From: Longimicrobiales bacterium
GTDB taxonomy: Bacteria; Gemmatimonadota; Gemmatimonadetes; Longimicrobiales; Gaopeijiaceae
DNA: 64,000 nucleotides
Reading direction: 5' to 3'
Assembly (NCBI GenBank): GCA_965204735.1
Contig: OZ242008.1
Span: 2,240,001 to 2,304,000 of the forward strand
Made by a program: the position numbers and the translations under genes. This document shows positions 10,132-18,892 of this stretch, one piece after another. The notes beneath the pieces were generated by a model. The model was not told the origin of the DNA. It did no database searches and saw nothing but the letters and a program-made list of their open reading frames with translations. Position 1 is the stretch's first letter. Each line of letters begins with the position of its first letter.

Positions 10132-11583
10132 TCAGGCGGACTCGATCGGGCGGACGATGTGGCGGTACCCCTCGGCGCGCTGGATCCGTATCCGGGTGCC
10201 TTCCTCGATCCACTCGCTTTCGGAGACCACGTCCAGCCGCTCGTCTCCGAAGAGTCCCATGCCGGCGGGGCGCAGGGCGGTGATCGCGACCCCCTCCGCG
10301 CCTTCCAGCTCGGGGCGCACGCTGGCCGAGATGTAGCCCTCGCGACGGTCGGTGGACTCGGGGAGGAGCACGCCGCTGCGCTTGAGCCGCCAGCTGCCGG
10401 GCAGGTAGCGGACCAGGGCCCACGCCAGGACCAGCACGATCAGGACGGACGCGCCGAGCACGCCGCCGGCGCTGGTGAAGTCCTGTCGGGTCGGGAGGTC
10501 TCCCAGCTGAGCCAGGAAGACGCCGCCCAGCAAGGCCGCGCCCCCCAGCACGCCGAAGACGCCGAAGCCGGGAATCACCAGCACCTCCAGCAGCACCAGG
10601 ACGACGCCGGCGCCCACGAGGATCAGGTCCTCCGCGCCGGCGAGCCCCACCAGGAGGTGGGCGCCGAAGAAGAGGGCGAGGGAGAGAAGCCCCGCAGCGC
10701 CCGCCAACCCGAAGCCCGCCGTCTTGATCTCGACGATCAGGCCCAGGAACCCCAGGGACAGAAGGAAGGGCGCGATGACCGGGTTCGTGAAGAAGCGAAC
10801 CAGCCGCTCGGCCCAGTTGACCCGCGCCTCCACGACGTCGGCGGACGCGAGTCCCAGGCGCTCCAGCACGCCGTCCCAGTCGGCCGCCTCTTCGGCGTAG
10901 CCCAGCTCCACCGCTTCCTCGGCGGTGAGGGTGAGGAGCTTGCCCGCCTCGACCACGCCTTCCACCGCCAGCTCCTCGTCCACCATCGCCTCGGCGATCC
11001 GGGGGTCCAGTCCCCTGGCTTCGGCCAAGGCCCGCATCCGACCCCGCATTGCGGACACGATCTTCTCCGACGCCTTGGTTCCCTGCCCGTCCACCGGCGT
11101 CGCCGCCCCCATGACGGCGCCGGGCCGCATCAGCACCTGGTCGGCGGAGAGGGCGATCATCGCTCCCGCCGAGTAGGCGTGCATGTTGACGAAGGCGTGG
11201 ACGGGCACTTGGGAGCGGCCCACGGCGCTGACGATCCGCTCGGCGGCGTCCACGCGCCCGCCCGGCGTCTCGATGTCCAGGATCACGGCCCGCGCCCCCG
11301 AGGCGGCGGCCTCCTCCAGCGTCCGCTCGATGAACGGAGCAAGCCCCATTTCCACGGTCCCGGCGACGGGAACCCGGACTACGACGAGCTGGTCTGGCTG
11401 CTGGGAAGCGCCCGCTTGCTGGGGAGCGCCTGCCTGCTGGAGACCGACTGCTTGCGGGGGCTGGCCGAGCGGCAACGTCGCGGCCAAGACGAGCGCGGCC
11501 GCCAGGGCGCCCGCGACGGTTCGGGCCCGGGCGACGCCCTTCGCAGCGGACCCCTCTGGGGTGGTCGGAAGTCTCGTGGTCAC
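10132..11583 (-). CDS. nfeD: NfeD/YqeZ-family membrane-bound serine protease (ClpP-like domain + TM + OB-fold)
   Basis: LDIETPGG, AYSAGAMIAL, GKLLTLTAEEA, multiple TM helices and C-terminal GVAITALRPAG...LDVVSE. GTG start at 11583 with AGGAGG SD. Lies upstream of floA as in the conserved operon. Confidence 0.9.
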   Translation of the reverse strand: MTTRLPTTPEGSAAKGVARARTVAGALAAALVLAATLPLGQPPQAVGLQQAGAPQQAGASQQPDQLVVVRVPVAGTVEMGLAPFIERTLEEAAASGARAVILDIETPGGRVDAAERIVSAVGRSQVPVHAFVNMHAYSAGAMIALSADQVLMRPGAVMGAATPVDGQGTKASEKIVSAMRGRMRALAEARGLDPRIAEAMVDEELAVEGVVEAGKLLTLTAEEAVELGYAEEAADWDGVLERLGLASADVVEARVNWAERLVRFFTNPVIAPFLLSLGFLGLIVEIKTAGFGLAGAAGLLSLALFFGAHLLVGLAGAEDLILVGAGVVLVLLEVLVIPGFGVFGVLGGAALLGGVFLAQLGDLPTRQDFTSAGGVLGASVLIVLVLAWALVRYLPGSWRLKRSGVLLPESTDRREGYISASVRPELEGAEGVAITALRPAGMGLFGDERLDVVSESEWIEEGTRIRIQRAEGYRHIVRPIESA

Positions 11584-11814
11584 TGGACATCCTCCTTCTG
11601 CTTCGACGCCCTTCTGCTTCGCCGCCTGCCGCCCGGGCGAAGCCAAGGCCGGCAGCGGCGCTCCTGCCTTCGTCGAAGCTACGTTGTCGCGCCCGGAAAC
11701 AATCTACGGCAACGACACCGCTTCCGCCCGGCAGCGGCTCGCCGTCGCAGCGCCGGCCTCGGCGTCCCAGCGGCCCGGCCTCTCGGAGCCTGCTGGTTAT
11801 CTTACGACGACGAC

Positions 11815-11865
11815 GGAGCCCGTTCACGCCGGAGCCCGTTGACGACGCCGGAGCCCGTTCACGCC
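11815..11865 (+). repeat. Three tandem copies of GGAGCCCGTT(C/G)AC(GAC)GCC upstream of the crotonase gene
   Basis: Units at 11815-11830, 11831-11849 and 11850-11865. Confidence 0.8.
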
Positions 11866-11885
11866 ACCCAAAACAGGTGACCCCC

Positions 11886-12686
11886 ATGACCGACAGCGTT
11901 CTCGTTCGCTACGACGCCACCGACGGCGTTGCCGTCCTGACCCTCGACGACCCGCCCGCCAACACGTACACCCACGAGATGATGCGCCAGCTCGACGACG
12001 CGGTCCTGCGGGCGCGCTTCGACGACTCCGTCCACGTGATCGTGGTCGCCGGCGCCGGCGAGAAGTTCTTCTCCGCGGGAGCAAACATCGCGATGCTCGC
12101 CGAGGTGACCACGGGGTTCAAGTACTACTTCTGCCTCCACGCCAACGAGACGCTGAACCGGTTGGAGCACACGCCGAAGCTGGTGATCGCGGCCCTGAAC
12201 GGGCACACGGTGGGCGGCGGGCTGGAGATCGCCATGGCGGCCGACATCCGGATCGCCCGGGCGGGCCGGAGCAAGACGGGGCTGCCCGAAGTCAACCTGG
12301 GGGTGCTCCCGGGGACTGGGGGAACCCAGCGCCTGTCGCGGCTGGTGGGCAAGGCCAAGTCGATCGAGCTGATGGCGACAGGCCGGACCTTCGGCTTCGA
12401 CGAGGCGAAGGAGCTGGGGATCGTCCACGAGGTGTGGGAGAGCGAGACCCGCGACGACTTCATGGCGCGAGTAGTGGAGTACGCGGGCCGGTTCTGTCCG
12501 CCCGCCACGGCCTCCAAGGCGGTGGGCGCGATCAAGCGCTCGGTTCAGACGGGCGCGGAAGTCCCCTTCGAGACCGCCCTGGCCCTGGAGCGGGAGCTTC
12601 AGCAGCAGCTCTTCGCCAGCGGCGACGCCCGCGAGGGCCTGTCCGCCTACGTGGAGAAGCGCCGGGCCGCGTTCGCAGGGAGCTAG
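11886..12686 (+). CDS. Enoyl-CoA hydratase/isomerase family protein
   Basis: Crotonase motifs [52 protein letters not shown] 11886 preceded by AGGTGA. Confidence 0.92.
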   Translation: MTDSVLVRYDATDGVAVLTLDDPPANTYTHEMMRQLDDAVLRARFDDSVHVIVVAGAGEKFFSAGANIAMLAEVTTGFKYYFCLHANETLNRLEHTPKLVIAALNGHTVGGGLEIAMAADIRIARAGRSKTGLPEVNLGVLPGTGGTQRLSRLVGKAKSIELMATGRTFGFDEAKELGIVHEVWESETRDDFMARVVEYAGRFCPPATASKAVGAIKRSVQTGAEVPFETALALERELQQQLFASGDAREGLSAYVEKRRAAFAGS

Positions 12687-12702
12687 ACGGATGGGAGACG
12701 CC

Positions 12703-14148
12703 GTGGCCAACCGTCTCTGGATCGGGAACGAGTGGGCCGACGCCCGGAGCGGGGCCGTCTTTCCCACGGTGAACCCGGCCACCGGCGAAGTGATCGCAGA
12801 GGTCGCCGAAGCCGGGGAGGAGGACGTGGATCGGGCGGTGCAGGCAGCGCGCGCGGCGTTCGCGGACTCGCGCTGGCGGCGGGCGAGTCCACACAAGCGA
12901 TCTCAGCTGCTCTGGCGGCTGGCGGAGCTGGTGGACGCCCACGCCGACGAGCTGGCTCTGCTGGAGACCCGGGACAACGGCAAGCCCTACTTCGAGTCCC
13001 GCAAGATCGACCTCCCTTCGGTGGCCCTCACGCTCCGCTACTACGCCGGGATGGCGGACAAGGTGCAGGGCGACACGCTTCCGGTCCCGGGCCCGTTCCT
13101 CAACTACACCTTGCGGGAGCCGGTGGGCGTGGTGGGGGCGATCGTCCCGTGGAACTTCCCCCTCTCCATGGCGGCGTGGAAGGCGGCCCCGGCGCTGGCG
13201 TGCGGCGCCACCGTGGTGCTCAAGCCCGCCGAGGAGACTCCGCTGACGGCGCTGCGCTTTGGGGAGCTGGCCGCCGAGGCCGGGTTCCCGCCGGGCGCGC
13301 TGAACGTAGTGCCCGGCTACGGCGAGACCGCGGGGGCGGCGCTGGTGCGCCATCCGGGAGTGGACGCGATCTCGTTCACCGGCTCCACCGAGACGGGCCG
13401 CACGGTGATGCGCGAGGCGGCCGGCACGCTCAAGAAGGTCTCGCTGGAGCTGGGGGGCAAGTCGCCCAACATCGTCTTTGCCGACGCGGACTTGAGTCAA
13501 GCCGTGAAGGGAGCGTCCACCGGCGTCTTCTACGGGAAGGGCGAGGTGTGCGCGGCGGGGAGCAGGATCCTGGTGGAGGCGTCGGTCCACGACGAGTTCG
13601 TGGAGAGCTTGGCGGAGCGGGCGGAGCGGACGACGGTGGGCGACCCGATGGACCCGTCCACGCGGCTGGGCGCCATCGTGAGCGAGGCCCAGCTGGAGCG
13701 GGTCGCGGGGTACGTCGAGGCCGGGAAGCGCGAGGGCGCGCGTCTGGTGGCCGGGGGGGAGCGGGCGACGGTGGACGGGCGCGGCAACTTCGTGAGGGCC
13801 ACGGTCTTTTCCGAGGTGGACCCGGGAATGACGATCGCCCGCGAGGAGATCTTCGGGCCGGTGGCCGCGGTGATCCGCTTCGAAGACGTGGAGGACGCTG
13901 TGGCCAAGGCGAACGACACGCTGTACGGCTTGGCGGCGGGGGTCTGGACCCGGGACGTGGGCAAGGCGCACCGGGTGGCGGCCGAGATCGAGGCGGGCAC
14001 GGTTTGGGTCAACGCCTACAACCAGTACTCCCCGGCGTCGCCCTTCGGCGGCTGGAAGGAAAGCGGCTTCGGACCAGACCTGGGATTTCAGACGGCGCTG
14101 GAGAAGTACACCCACCTGAAGAGCGTCTGGGTGGCGCTGGACCGGTAG
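12703..14148 (+). CDS. NAD(P)-dependent aldehyde dehydrogenase
   Basis: PWNFP, LKPAE, FTGSTETG, LELGGKSP, catalytic GEVCAAGSR, EEIFGPV, PFGGWKESG. Start GTG 12703 or ATG 12691. Confidence 0.95.
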   Translation: MANRLWIGNEWADARSGAVFPTVNPATGEVIAEVAEAGEEDVDRAVQAARAAFADSRWRRASPHKRSQLLWRLAELVDAHADELALLETRDNGKPYFESRKIDLPSVALTLRYYAGMADKVQGDTLPVPGPFLNYTLREPVGVVGAIVPWNFPLSMAAWKAAPALACGATVVLKPAEETPLTALRFGELAAEAGFPPGALNVVPGYGETAGAALVRHPGVDAISFTGSTETGRTVMREAAGTLKKVSLELGGKSPNIVFADADLSQAVKGASTGVFYGKGEVCAAGSRILVEASVHDEFVESLAERAERTTVGDPMDPSTRLGAIVSEAQLERVAGYVEAGKREGARLVAGGERATVDGRGNFVRATVFSEVDPGMTIAREEIFGPVAAVIRFEDVEDAVAKANDTLYGLAAGVWTRDVGKAHRVAAEIEAGTVWVNAYNQYSPASPFGGWKESGFGPDLGFQTALEKYTHLKSVWVALDR

Positions 14149-14280
14149 CGGCGGGAGCGCGGGCGGCGATGGCTGGCGCAGCTGCGGCGAGGGCGCGAGT
14201 GGCGAGGGCTGGCGGAGCTGCGGCGAGGGCGCGGGCGTGGACGGCCGGCGGAGCTGCGGCGGAAGCGCGGGCGGCGGCCT
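14149..14280 (+). repeat. Intergenic 36-bp tandem repeat (~3.5 copies)
   Basis: GGC(T/C)GGCG(C/G)AGCTGCGGCG..GCGCG units start at 14171, 14207 and 14243, with a partial unit at 14149. Confidence 0.8.
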
Positions 14281-14305
14281 GCTTGGCCGCGGGGGGTCGT
14301 GGGTG

Positions 14306-15505
14306 ATGCGGGAAGCGTGGATCGTGGATGCCGTGCGCACGCCCGTCGGAAGGCACGGCGGGGCGCTGGCCCCGGTGCGGCCCGACGACTTGGCGGCAAC
14401 GACGATCTCGGCGTTGCTGGCGCGCAACCCCTCGCTTCCCGCCGCTCGCCTGGACGACGTGATCTTCGGCTGCACCAACCAGGCGGGCGAGGACAACCGG
14501 AACGTGGCCCGCATGGCGCTCCTGCGGGCGGGCGTGCCGGTGGAGGTCCCGGGACAGACCGTGAACCGGCTTTGCGGCTCGGGGATGCAGGCGGTGGCCG
14601 CCGCCTTCCACGCCGTGCGGGCCGGCGAGGGCGTCGCGTTCGTGGCGGGCGGGGTCGAGTCGATGAGCCGAGCGCCGTTCGTGATGCTGAAGCCGGAGCG
14701 GGGCTGGCCCCGGGGCGCGCCCCAGGTGGCGGACACGGTGCTGGGGTGGCGCTTTCCCAACCCGCGCTTCGCCCCCGAGTGGACGATGAGCCTTGGGGAG
14801 ACGGCGGAAGCGGTGGCCCGGGAGTTCGGGGTGAGCCGCGAGGAGCAGGACGCCTTCGCGGCCGAGAGCCAGCGGCGGGCGGCGGCGGCGCAGGAGGCCG
14901 GGCGCTTCGACGCGGAGATCGTGCCGGTGACGGCGCCGGGCCGGAAGGGCGAGCCGGTGGCGGTGGAGCGGGACGAGCACCCCAGGCCGGGGACGACCGC
15001 AGAGGCGCTGGCGCGGCTTCGGCCGGTGTTCGAGAAGGGCGGGAGCGTGACTGCGGGCAACTCGTCGGGGATCAACGACGGCGCCGCCGCGCTCCTCGTG
15101 GTGGAGGCGGAAACGGCTCGGGCGCTCGGCCTGGAACCGATGGGTTCGGTGCGGGCCACGGCCGTGGCCGGCGTGGCGCCGCATCGCATGGGAACCGGCC
15201 CGATCCCGGCGTCGCGGCGTTGCCTGGAGCGGGCGGGCGCGGCCGTCGGCGAGCTGGACCTAGCGGAGGTGAACGAGGCCTTCGCGGCCCAGGCGGTTCC
15301 TTGCGTGCGGGAGCTGGGACTGGACCCGGAGATCGTCAACGTCAACGGCGGCGCCATCGCTCTGGGCCACCCCGTGGGGTGCTCGGGCGCGCGCATTCTG
15401 GCGACGCTGGTGCACGAGATGGCACGGCGGGAGGCCGGGCTCGGACTGGCCACGATGTGCATCGGGGTGGGCCAGGGAATCGCCGCCGTGGTGGAGCGAA
15501 CGTGA
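14306..15505 (+). CDS. Acetyl-CoA C-acyltransferase (thiolase; PcaF/PaaJ-like 3-oxoadipyl-CoA thiolase)
   Basis: DAVRTPVGRHGGALAPVRPDDLAA, NQAGEDNRNVARMALL, TVNRLCGSG, NEAFAAQ, GHPVGCSG, TMCIGVGQG. Confidence 0.93.
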   Translation: MREAWIVDAVRTPVGRHGGALAPVRPDDLAATTISALLARNPSLPAARLDDVIFGCTNQAGEDNRNVARMALLRAGVPVEVPGQTVNRLCGSGMQAVAAAFHAVRAGEGVAFVAGGVESMSRAPFVMLKPERGWPRGAPQVADTVLGWRFPNPRFAPEWTMSLGETAEAVAREFGVSREEQDAFAAESQRRAAAAQEAGRFDAEIVPVTAPGRKGEPVAVERDEHPRPGTTAEALARLRPVFEKGGSVTAGNSSGINDGAAALLVVEAETARALGLEPMGSVRATAVAGVAPHRMGTGPIPASRRCLERAGAAVGELDLAEVNEAFAAQAVPCVRELGLDPEIVNVNGGAIALGHPVGCSGARILATLVHEMARREAGLGLATMCIGVGQGIAAVVERT

Positions 15506-15585
15506 GCGCGCGGGGCGAACTTGAGCGCGCGGGACGGCGCGTGACGCCCGGCGACTACGTGCTGCTCCGCGTGGAGCGAACTTGA
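15502..15585 (+). other. Possible 27-aa coupling mini-ORF generated by junction duplication
   Basis: GTG overlaps the thiolase TGA. Reads VSARGELERAGRRVTPGDYVLLRVERT*. Its TGA overlaps the TTG of the next gene. Confidence 0.35.
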
Positions 15586-16460
15586 GCGCGCGGGACGGCG
15601 TGATCGGCAAGGTGGGCGTGATCGGCGCCGGGACGATGGGCCACGGAATTGCTCAGGTCGCTGCTCTGGCCGGGCATCGGGTGGCCGTCCACGACGCCGA
15701 CGGCGGGCAGGTGGATCGCGCCGTCGCGCGGATCCGGGCCAACCTCGACAAGGGCGTCGCCTTGGGGAAGGTGGAAGCGCGGGCGCGCGAGGCGGCCTTG
15801 TCGCGCATCTCGGCCGCCGTCGAGGTGGGCCGTGCCGTCGCCGGCGCCGATCTGGTGATCGAGGCCGTGCCCGAGGTCCTCTCCGTCAAGGCCGAGCTCT
15901 TCCGCCAAGTCGCAGGACTGGTCGCCGACGACGCGATCCTTGCCACCAACACGTCCTCGTTGTCGGTCTCCGAGATCGCCGAAGGAGTGCCGGCGCCCGG
16001 CCGCTTCCTGGGGCTCCACTTCTTCAACCCGGTCCACATCATGGCCCTCGTCGAGGTCGTCAAGGGGAGGCGGACGGACCCGGCCGTCCTGGAGCGCGCG
16101 GTCGGGTTCGTTCGGGGGCTTGGGAAGGAGCCGGTGGTCGTGGCGGACTCGCCCGGGTTCGCGTCTTCCCGGCTGGGGATCGTGCTGGGGCTGGAGGCGA
16201 TCCGCATGGTGGAGGCCGGGGTCGCCTCGCCGGAAGACATCGACAAGGCGATGGTGCTGGGGTACCGTCACCCCATGGGTCCATTGCGCTTGACCGACTT
16301 GGTGGGGTTGGACGTGCGCCTGGGGATCGCCGCGTATCTTCACGAGACGCTGGGGTCGGAGGCGTTCCGTCCGCCGGCGCTGCTGGAGCGGATGGTGGCC
16401 GACGGACGGCTGGGGAAGAAGACGGGTCGGGGGTTCTACGATTGGAGAGAAGACGGGTGA
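15582..16460 (+). CDS. 3-hydroxyacyl-CoA dehydrogenase (3-hydroxybutyryl-CoA/PaaH-like)
   Basis: GVIGAGTMGHGIAQ, IEAVPE, ILATNTSSLS, GLHFFNPV, HPMGPLRLTDLVGLDV, LGKKTGRGFY. Start TTG 15582 or GTG 15600. Confidence 0.95.
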   Translation: MSARDGVIGKVGVIGAGTMGHGIAQVAALAGHRVAVHDADGGQVDRAVARIRANLDKGVALGKVEARAREAALSRISAAVEVGRAVAGADLVIEAVPEVLSVKAELFRQVAGLVADDAILATNTSSLSVSEIAEGVPAPGRFLGLHFFNPVHIMALVEVVKGRRTDPAVLERAVGFVRGLGKEPVVVADSPGFASSRLGIVLGLEAIRMVEAGVASPEDIDKAMVLGYRHPMGPLRLTDLVGLDVRLGIAAYLHETLGSEAFRPPALLERMVADGRLGKKTGRGFYDWREDG

Positions 16461-16531
16461 GCGGCGGAGGGCCAGACGGTCCAGCGGGGCGCGCGCCTGC
16501 CCTGCTCTACGAGTGGAGAGACCACGCGTGA
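16457..16531 (+). other. Possible 24-aa coupling mini-ORF generated by junction duplication
   Basis: GTGA overlap at both ends. Reads VSGGGPDGPAGRAPALLYEWRDHA*. Confidence 0.35.
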
Positions 16532-17373
16532 GCGCCGGGGGCAACCCCCTTGCTGGCCCCGAGGGCGTCCCGGCGGCAGGCTCCGATTCGTGGACGGGCT
16601 TTCGGTCGATCCAGGTGTCGGTGAGGGCCTTTGTGGCCGAAGTGGCCATTGACAGGCCCGAGAAGCTCAACGCCTTGAACGAGACCGTGCGGAGCGAGCT
16701 GTCGAGCGCCTTCGACGCGCTGGCGGAGACCGCCGACGTGAAGGTGGCCATCGTGCACGGAGGGGACGGGAAGGCGTTCGCGGCGGGCGCCGACGTGGCG
16801 GAGTTCGCCGCTCGAACGGCCGAGGAGCAACGCGCCGTCTACCGGAAGCGGCGCGTCTACGACGCCCTGGGCGACTTTCCCAAGCCGGTGATCTGCGCCG
16901 TGCACGGCCTTTGCATCGGCGGCGGCAACGAGCTGGCGCTCGCTTGCGACGTTCGAGTCGCCGACCGCACCGCCCGCTTCGGCCAGTTCGAGATCCGCCT
17001 GGGACTGATCCCGGGCGCCGGAGGGACCCAGCGGCTGGCCCGAGTGGTGGGACCCGGACAGGCTATGCGCATGGGCCTGTGCGGCGACTTGATCGACGCC
17101 GAGGAAGCGCACCGCATCGGTCTGGTCGAGTTCTTGGTGGACGAGGGTCGCCACCTGGAGAAGGCTCGAGAGGTGGCCGGCCGGATGGCGCGCTGGAGTC
17201 CGGTGGCGCTGGGCTTGGTCAAGAAGGCCGTTCGCGGGGCCATGGAGCTTCCGTTGAAGGAAGGCTTGGCCGTGGAGAGGGAACTCTTCCTGGAAGCCTT
17301 CGGATCCGCGGACGGGCGCGAGGGCGTGGCCGCGTTCGTGGAGAAGCGGCGGCCGACGTTCAGGGGACGGTAG
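16528..17373 (+). CDS. Enoyl-CoA hydratase/isomerase (PaaF-like)
   Basis: RPEKLNAL, AFAAGADVAEF, GGGNELALACDVR, FGQFEIRLGLIPGAGGTQRL, DGREGVAAFVEKRRP. GTG 16528 overlaps the preceding TGA. Confidence 0.92.
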   Translation: MSAGGNPLAGPEGVPAAGSDSWTGFRSIQVSVRAFVAEVAIDRPEKLNALNETVRSELSSAFDALAETADVKVAIVHGGDGKAFAAGADVAEFAARTAEEQRAVYRKRRVYDALGDFPKPVICAVHGLCIGGGNELALACDVRVADRTARFGQFEIRLGLIPGAGGTQRLARVVGPGQAMRMGLCGDLIDAEEAHRIGLVEFLVDEGRHLEKAREVAGRMARWSPVALGLVKKAVRGAMELPLKEGLAVERELFLEAFGSADGREGVAAFVEKRRPTFRGR

Positions 17374-17374
17374 C

Positions 17375-17490
17375 GGGCGCGTCGCCGCGTCCATGGCTGA
17401 ACGGGGACGGCCGCCGGAACGCCATCACGCAACCTCCCGAAGCTCAAGGGCGCGTCGCCGCTTCCATGGCTGAACGGGGACGGCTGTCGG
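17375..17490 (+). repeat. Direct repeat (~43 bp, 73-bp period) between convergent genes
   Basis: GGGCGCGTCGCCGC(G/T)TCCATGGCTGAACGGGGACGGC at 17375 and 17448. Confidence 0.8.
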
Positions 17491-17519
17491 GATCGCTCCC
17501 CCGCTCCCTCGGGCGCGGA

Positions 17520-17912
17520 TCAGAGCACGACGTCGCCGCCCGGATCTCGCTTTCTTAGGCGTGCCAACCTCTCTTCCGCCTGCGCGAGCCGTCGGGCACG
17601 CGCAGCCGGGTCGGTGGCGGCAGCCCCCCAGACGAGAATGCCGTCGGGCCTGGTGGGCACGTGCAGCACGTCGCCCTCCGCAACCTGGAAGGGGAGTTCC
17701 TCGACCCGCACTTCCACGTCGCCCGACGCGCCCGAAACCGGCTCTTCGTCGGCGACCAATGTCGCGACGCCGGCCTCGATCCGGTCCACCACGTAGGTCC
17801 GCCGGTCCGGCGCCGGCTCGGGATCGCCTGCACCTTCACGCCGCTCGGGAGCGTCCACCACGTAAGTCCGCCGGTCCGCCGGCGCCGGGGCTGGTTGTTG
17901 CGCTTCGCTCAA
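17520..17912 (-). CDS. DUF3006-like small protein with duplicated N-terminus
   Basis: TTG start overlaps the MBL stop, with GGAGG SD. YVVDRIEAGVATLV...LPFQVAEGDVL...RLARLR pattern. This family typically follows ComEC-like MBL genes. Confidence 0.7.
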   Translation of the reverse strand: MSEAQQPAPAPADRRTYVVDAPERREGAGDPEPAPDRRTYVVDRIEAGVATLVADEEPVSGASGDVEVRVEELPFQVAEGDVLHVPTRPDGILVWGAAATDPAARARRLAQAEERLARLRKRDPGGDVVL

Positions 17913-18892
17913 TGTCGTCCTCCGGGTGGCGGGTCTCCAAGCAGGACCCGGTGGGCACCGTCGGGAAAGCCCAGGACCGTGATCGTTCCGTCCCGGTCGG
18001 TGCGGTACAAAGGCCGGGCGCCGGACGAGAGCGCCGACGACGAAAACGCCGTCAGGGCTTGCGGCCGAGGATGTCCGTACTGGTTGTTCCTTCCCACCGA
18101 GATCACGACGACCTCGGGACGGGCGGCTTGCACGAACGCTGGCGTGAAGCCGGTGTGGCTGCCGTGGTGCGGCGCCTTGAGGACCGTAACCGGGGGCACA
18201 GCTCCACGCGCGACCAGGAAGTTCAGCTGGCGGATCTCCGAGTCGCCGCTGAGGAGAGCCGAGAAGCGGCCGTGGCGCACGATCAGCGTCACGGAGCGGT
18301 TGTTCTGGTCTCGTGCTGGTCCCGGAGGCGGCAGGGGCAGCACCTCGATGGAGGCGGCGCCCAGGGCGATGGTTCGGGGCTCGGCAAGAAGGTAGACGAT
18401 GTCGGAGCGCCGTTCCACTTCGTCCATCAGCCGCCGATAGGTGCGGGTGGTGTGGGCAAGGGCGTTGTCCATGAAGTAGCGGACGGGGAAGGCGCGCAGC
18501 ACGTCGGCCATCCCGCCGATGTGGTCGGCGTGGGCGTGGGTGGCGACAACCAGGTCGATCTCTTCGACGCCGAGGGCTCGGATCGCGTTCACGGGAGAAC
18601 GGCGGCCCGCGTCCACAAGGGCAGTCCGTCCCTCGGGCGCCTGGATCACGATCGCGTCGGCCTGTCCCACGTCCAGGAAGGTGATCCGCAGCGCCGCCGA
18701 GTCTTGGTGGTGGTGCGGGGCCGCGAGGCGGGGTTCTTCCGCGGCGGAGGGCGTCGGGAAGGCCGAGGCCGACAGCCACAGGAGCGTCGCGACGGCGGCG
18801 GGGACGCGGGCAAGCGGCATCGGGCGCCGGCCGACGACGACGTGGACGCCTGGCGCGAGATCATGCGTGGCGGGGACGCGGGCAGGCGGCAT
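17909..18892 (-). CDS. ComEC/Rec2-family metallo-beta-lactamase-fold hydrolase (secreted)
   Basis: FLDVGQADAI, LVDAG, THAHADHIGG, NNRSV, LLSGD, LKAPHHGS, ISVGRNNQYGHP, YRTDRDGTI. Signal-peptide-like N-terminus. Alternative ATG at 18820. Confidence 0.9.
   Translation of the reverse strand: MPPARVPATHDLAPGVHVVVGRRPMPLARVPAAVATLLWLSASAFPTPSAAEEPRLAAPHHHQDSAALRITFLDVGQADAIVIQAPEGRTALVDAGRRSPVNAIRALGVEEIDLVVATHAHADHIGGMADVLRAFPVRYFMDNALAHTTRTYRRLMDEVERRSDIVYLLAEPRTIALGAASIEVLPLPPPGPARDQNNRSVTLIVRHGRFSALLSGDSEIRQLNFLVARGAVPPVTVLKAPHHGSHTGFTPAFVQAARPEVVVISVGRNNQYGHPRPQALTAFSSSALSSGARPLYRTDRDGTITVLGFPDGAHRVLLGDPPPGGRH

Noticed and set aside
17375..17490. Repeat-spacer-repeat resembling a mini-CRISPR
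   Set aside because: Only two imperfect copies, the 'spacer' partly resembles the sequence after copy 2, and there are no cas genes or leader.
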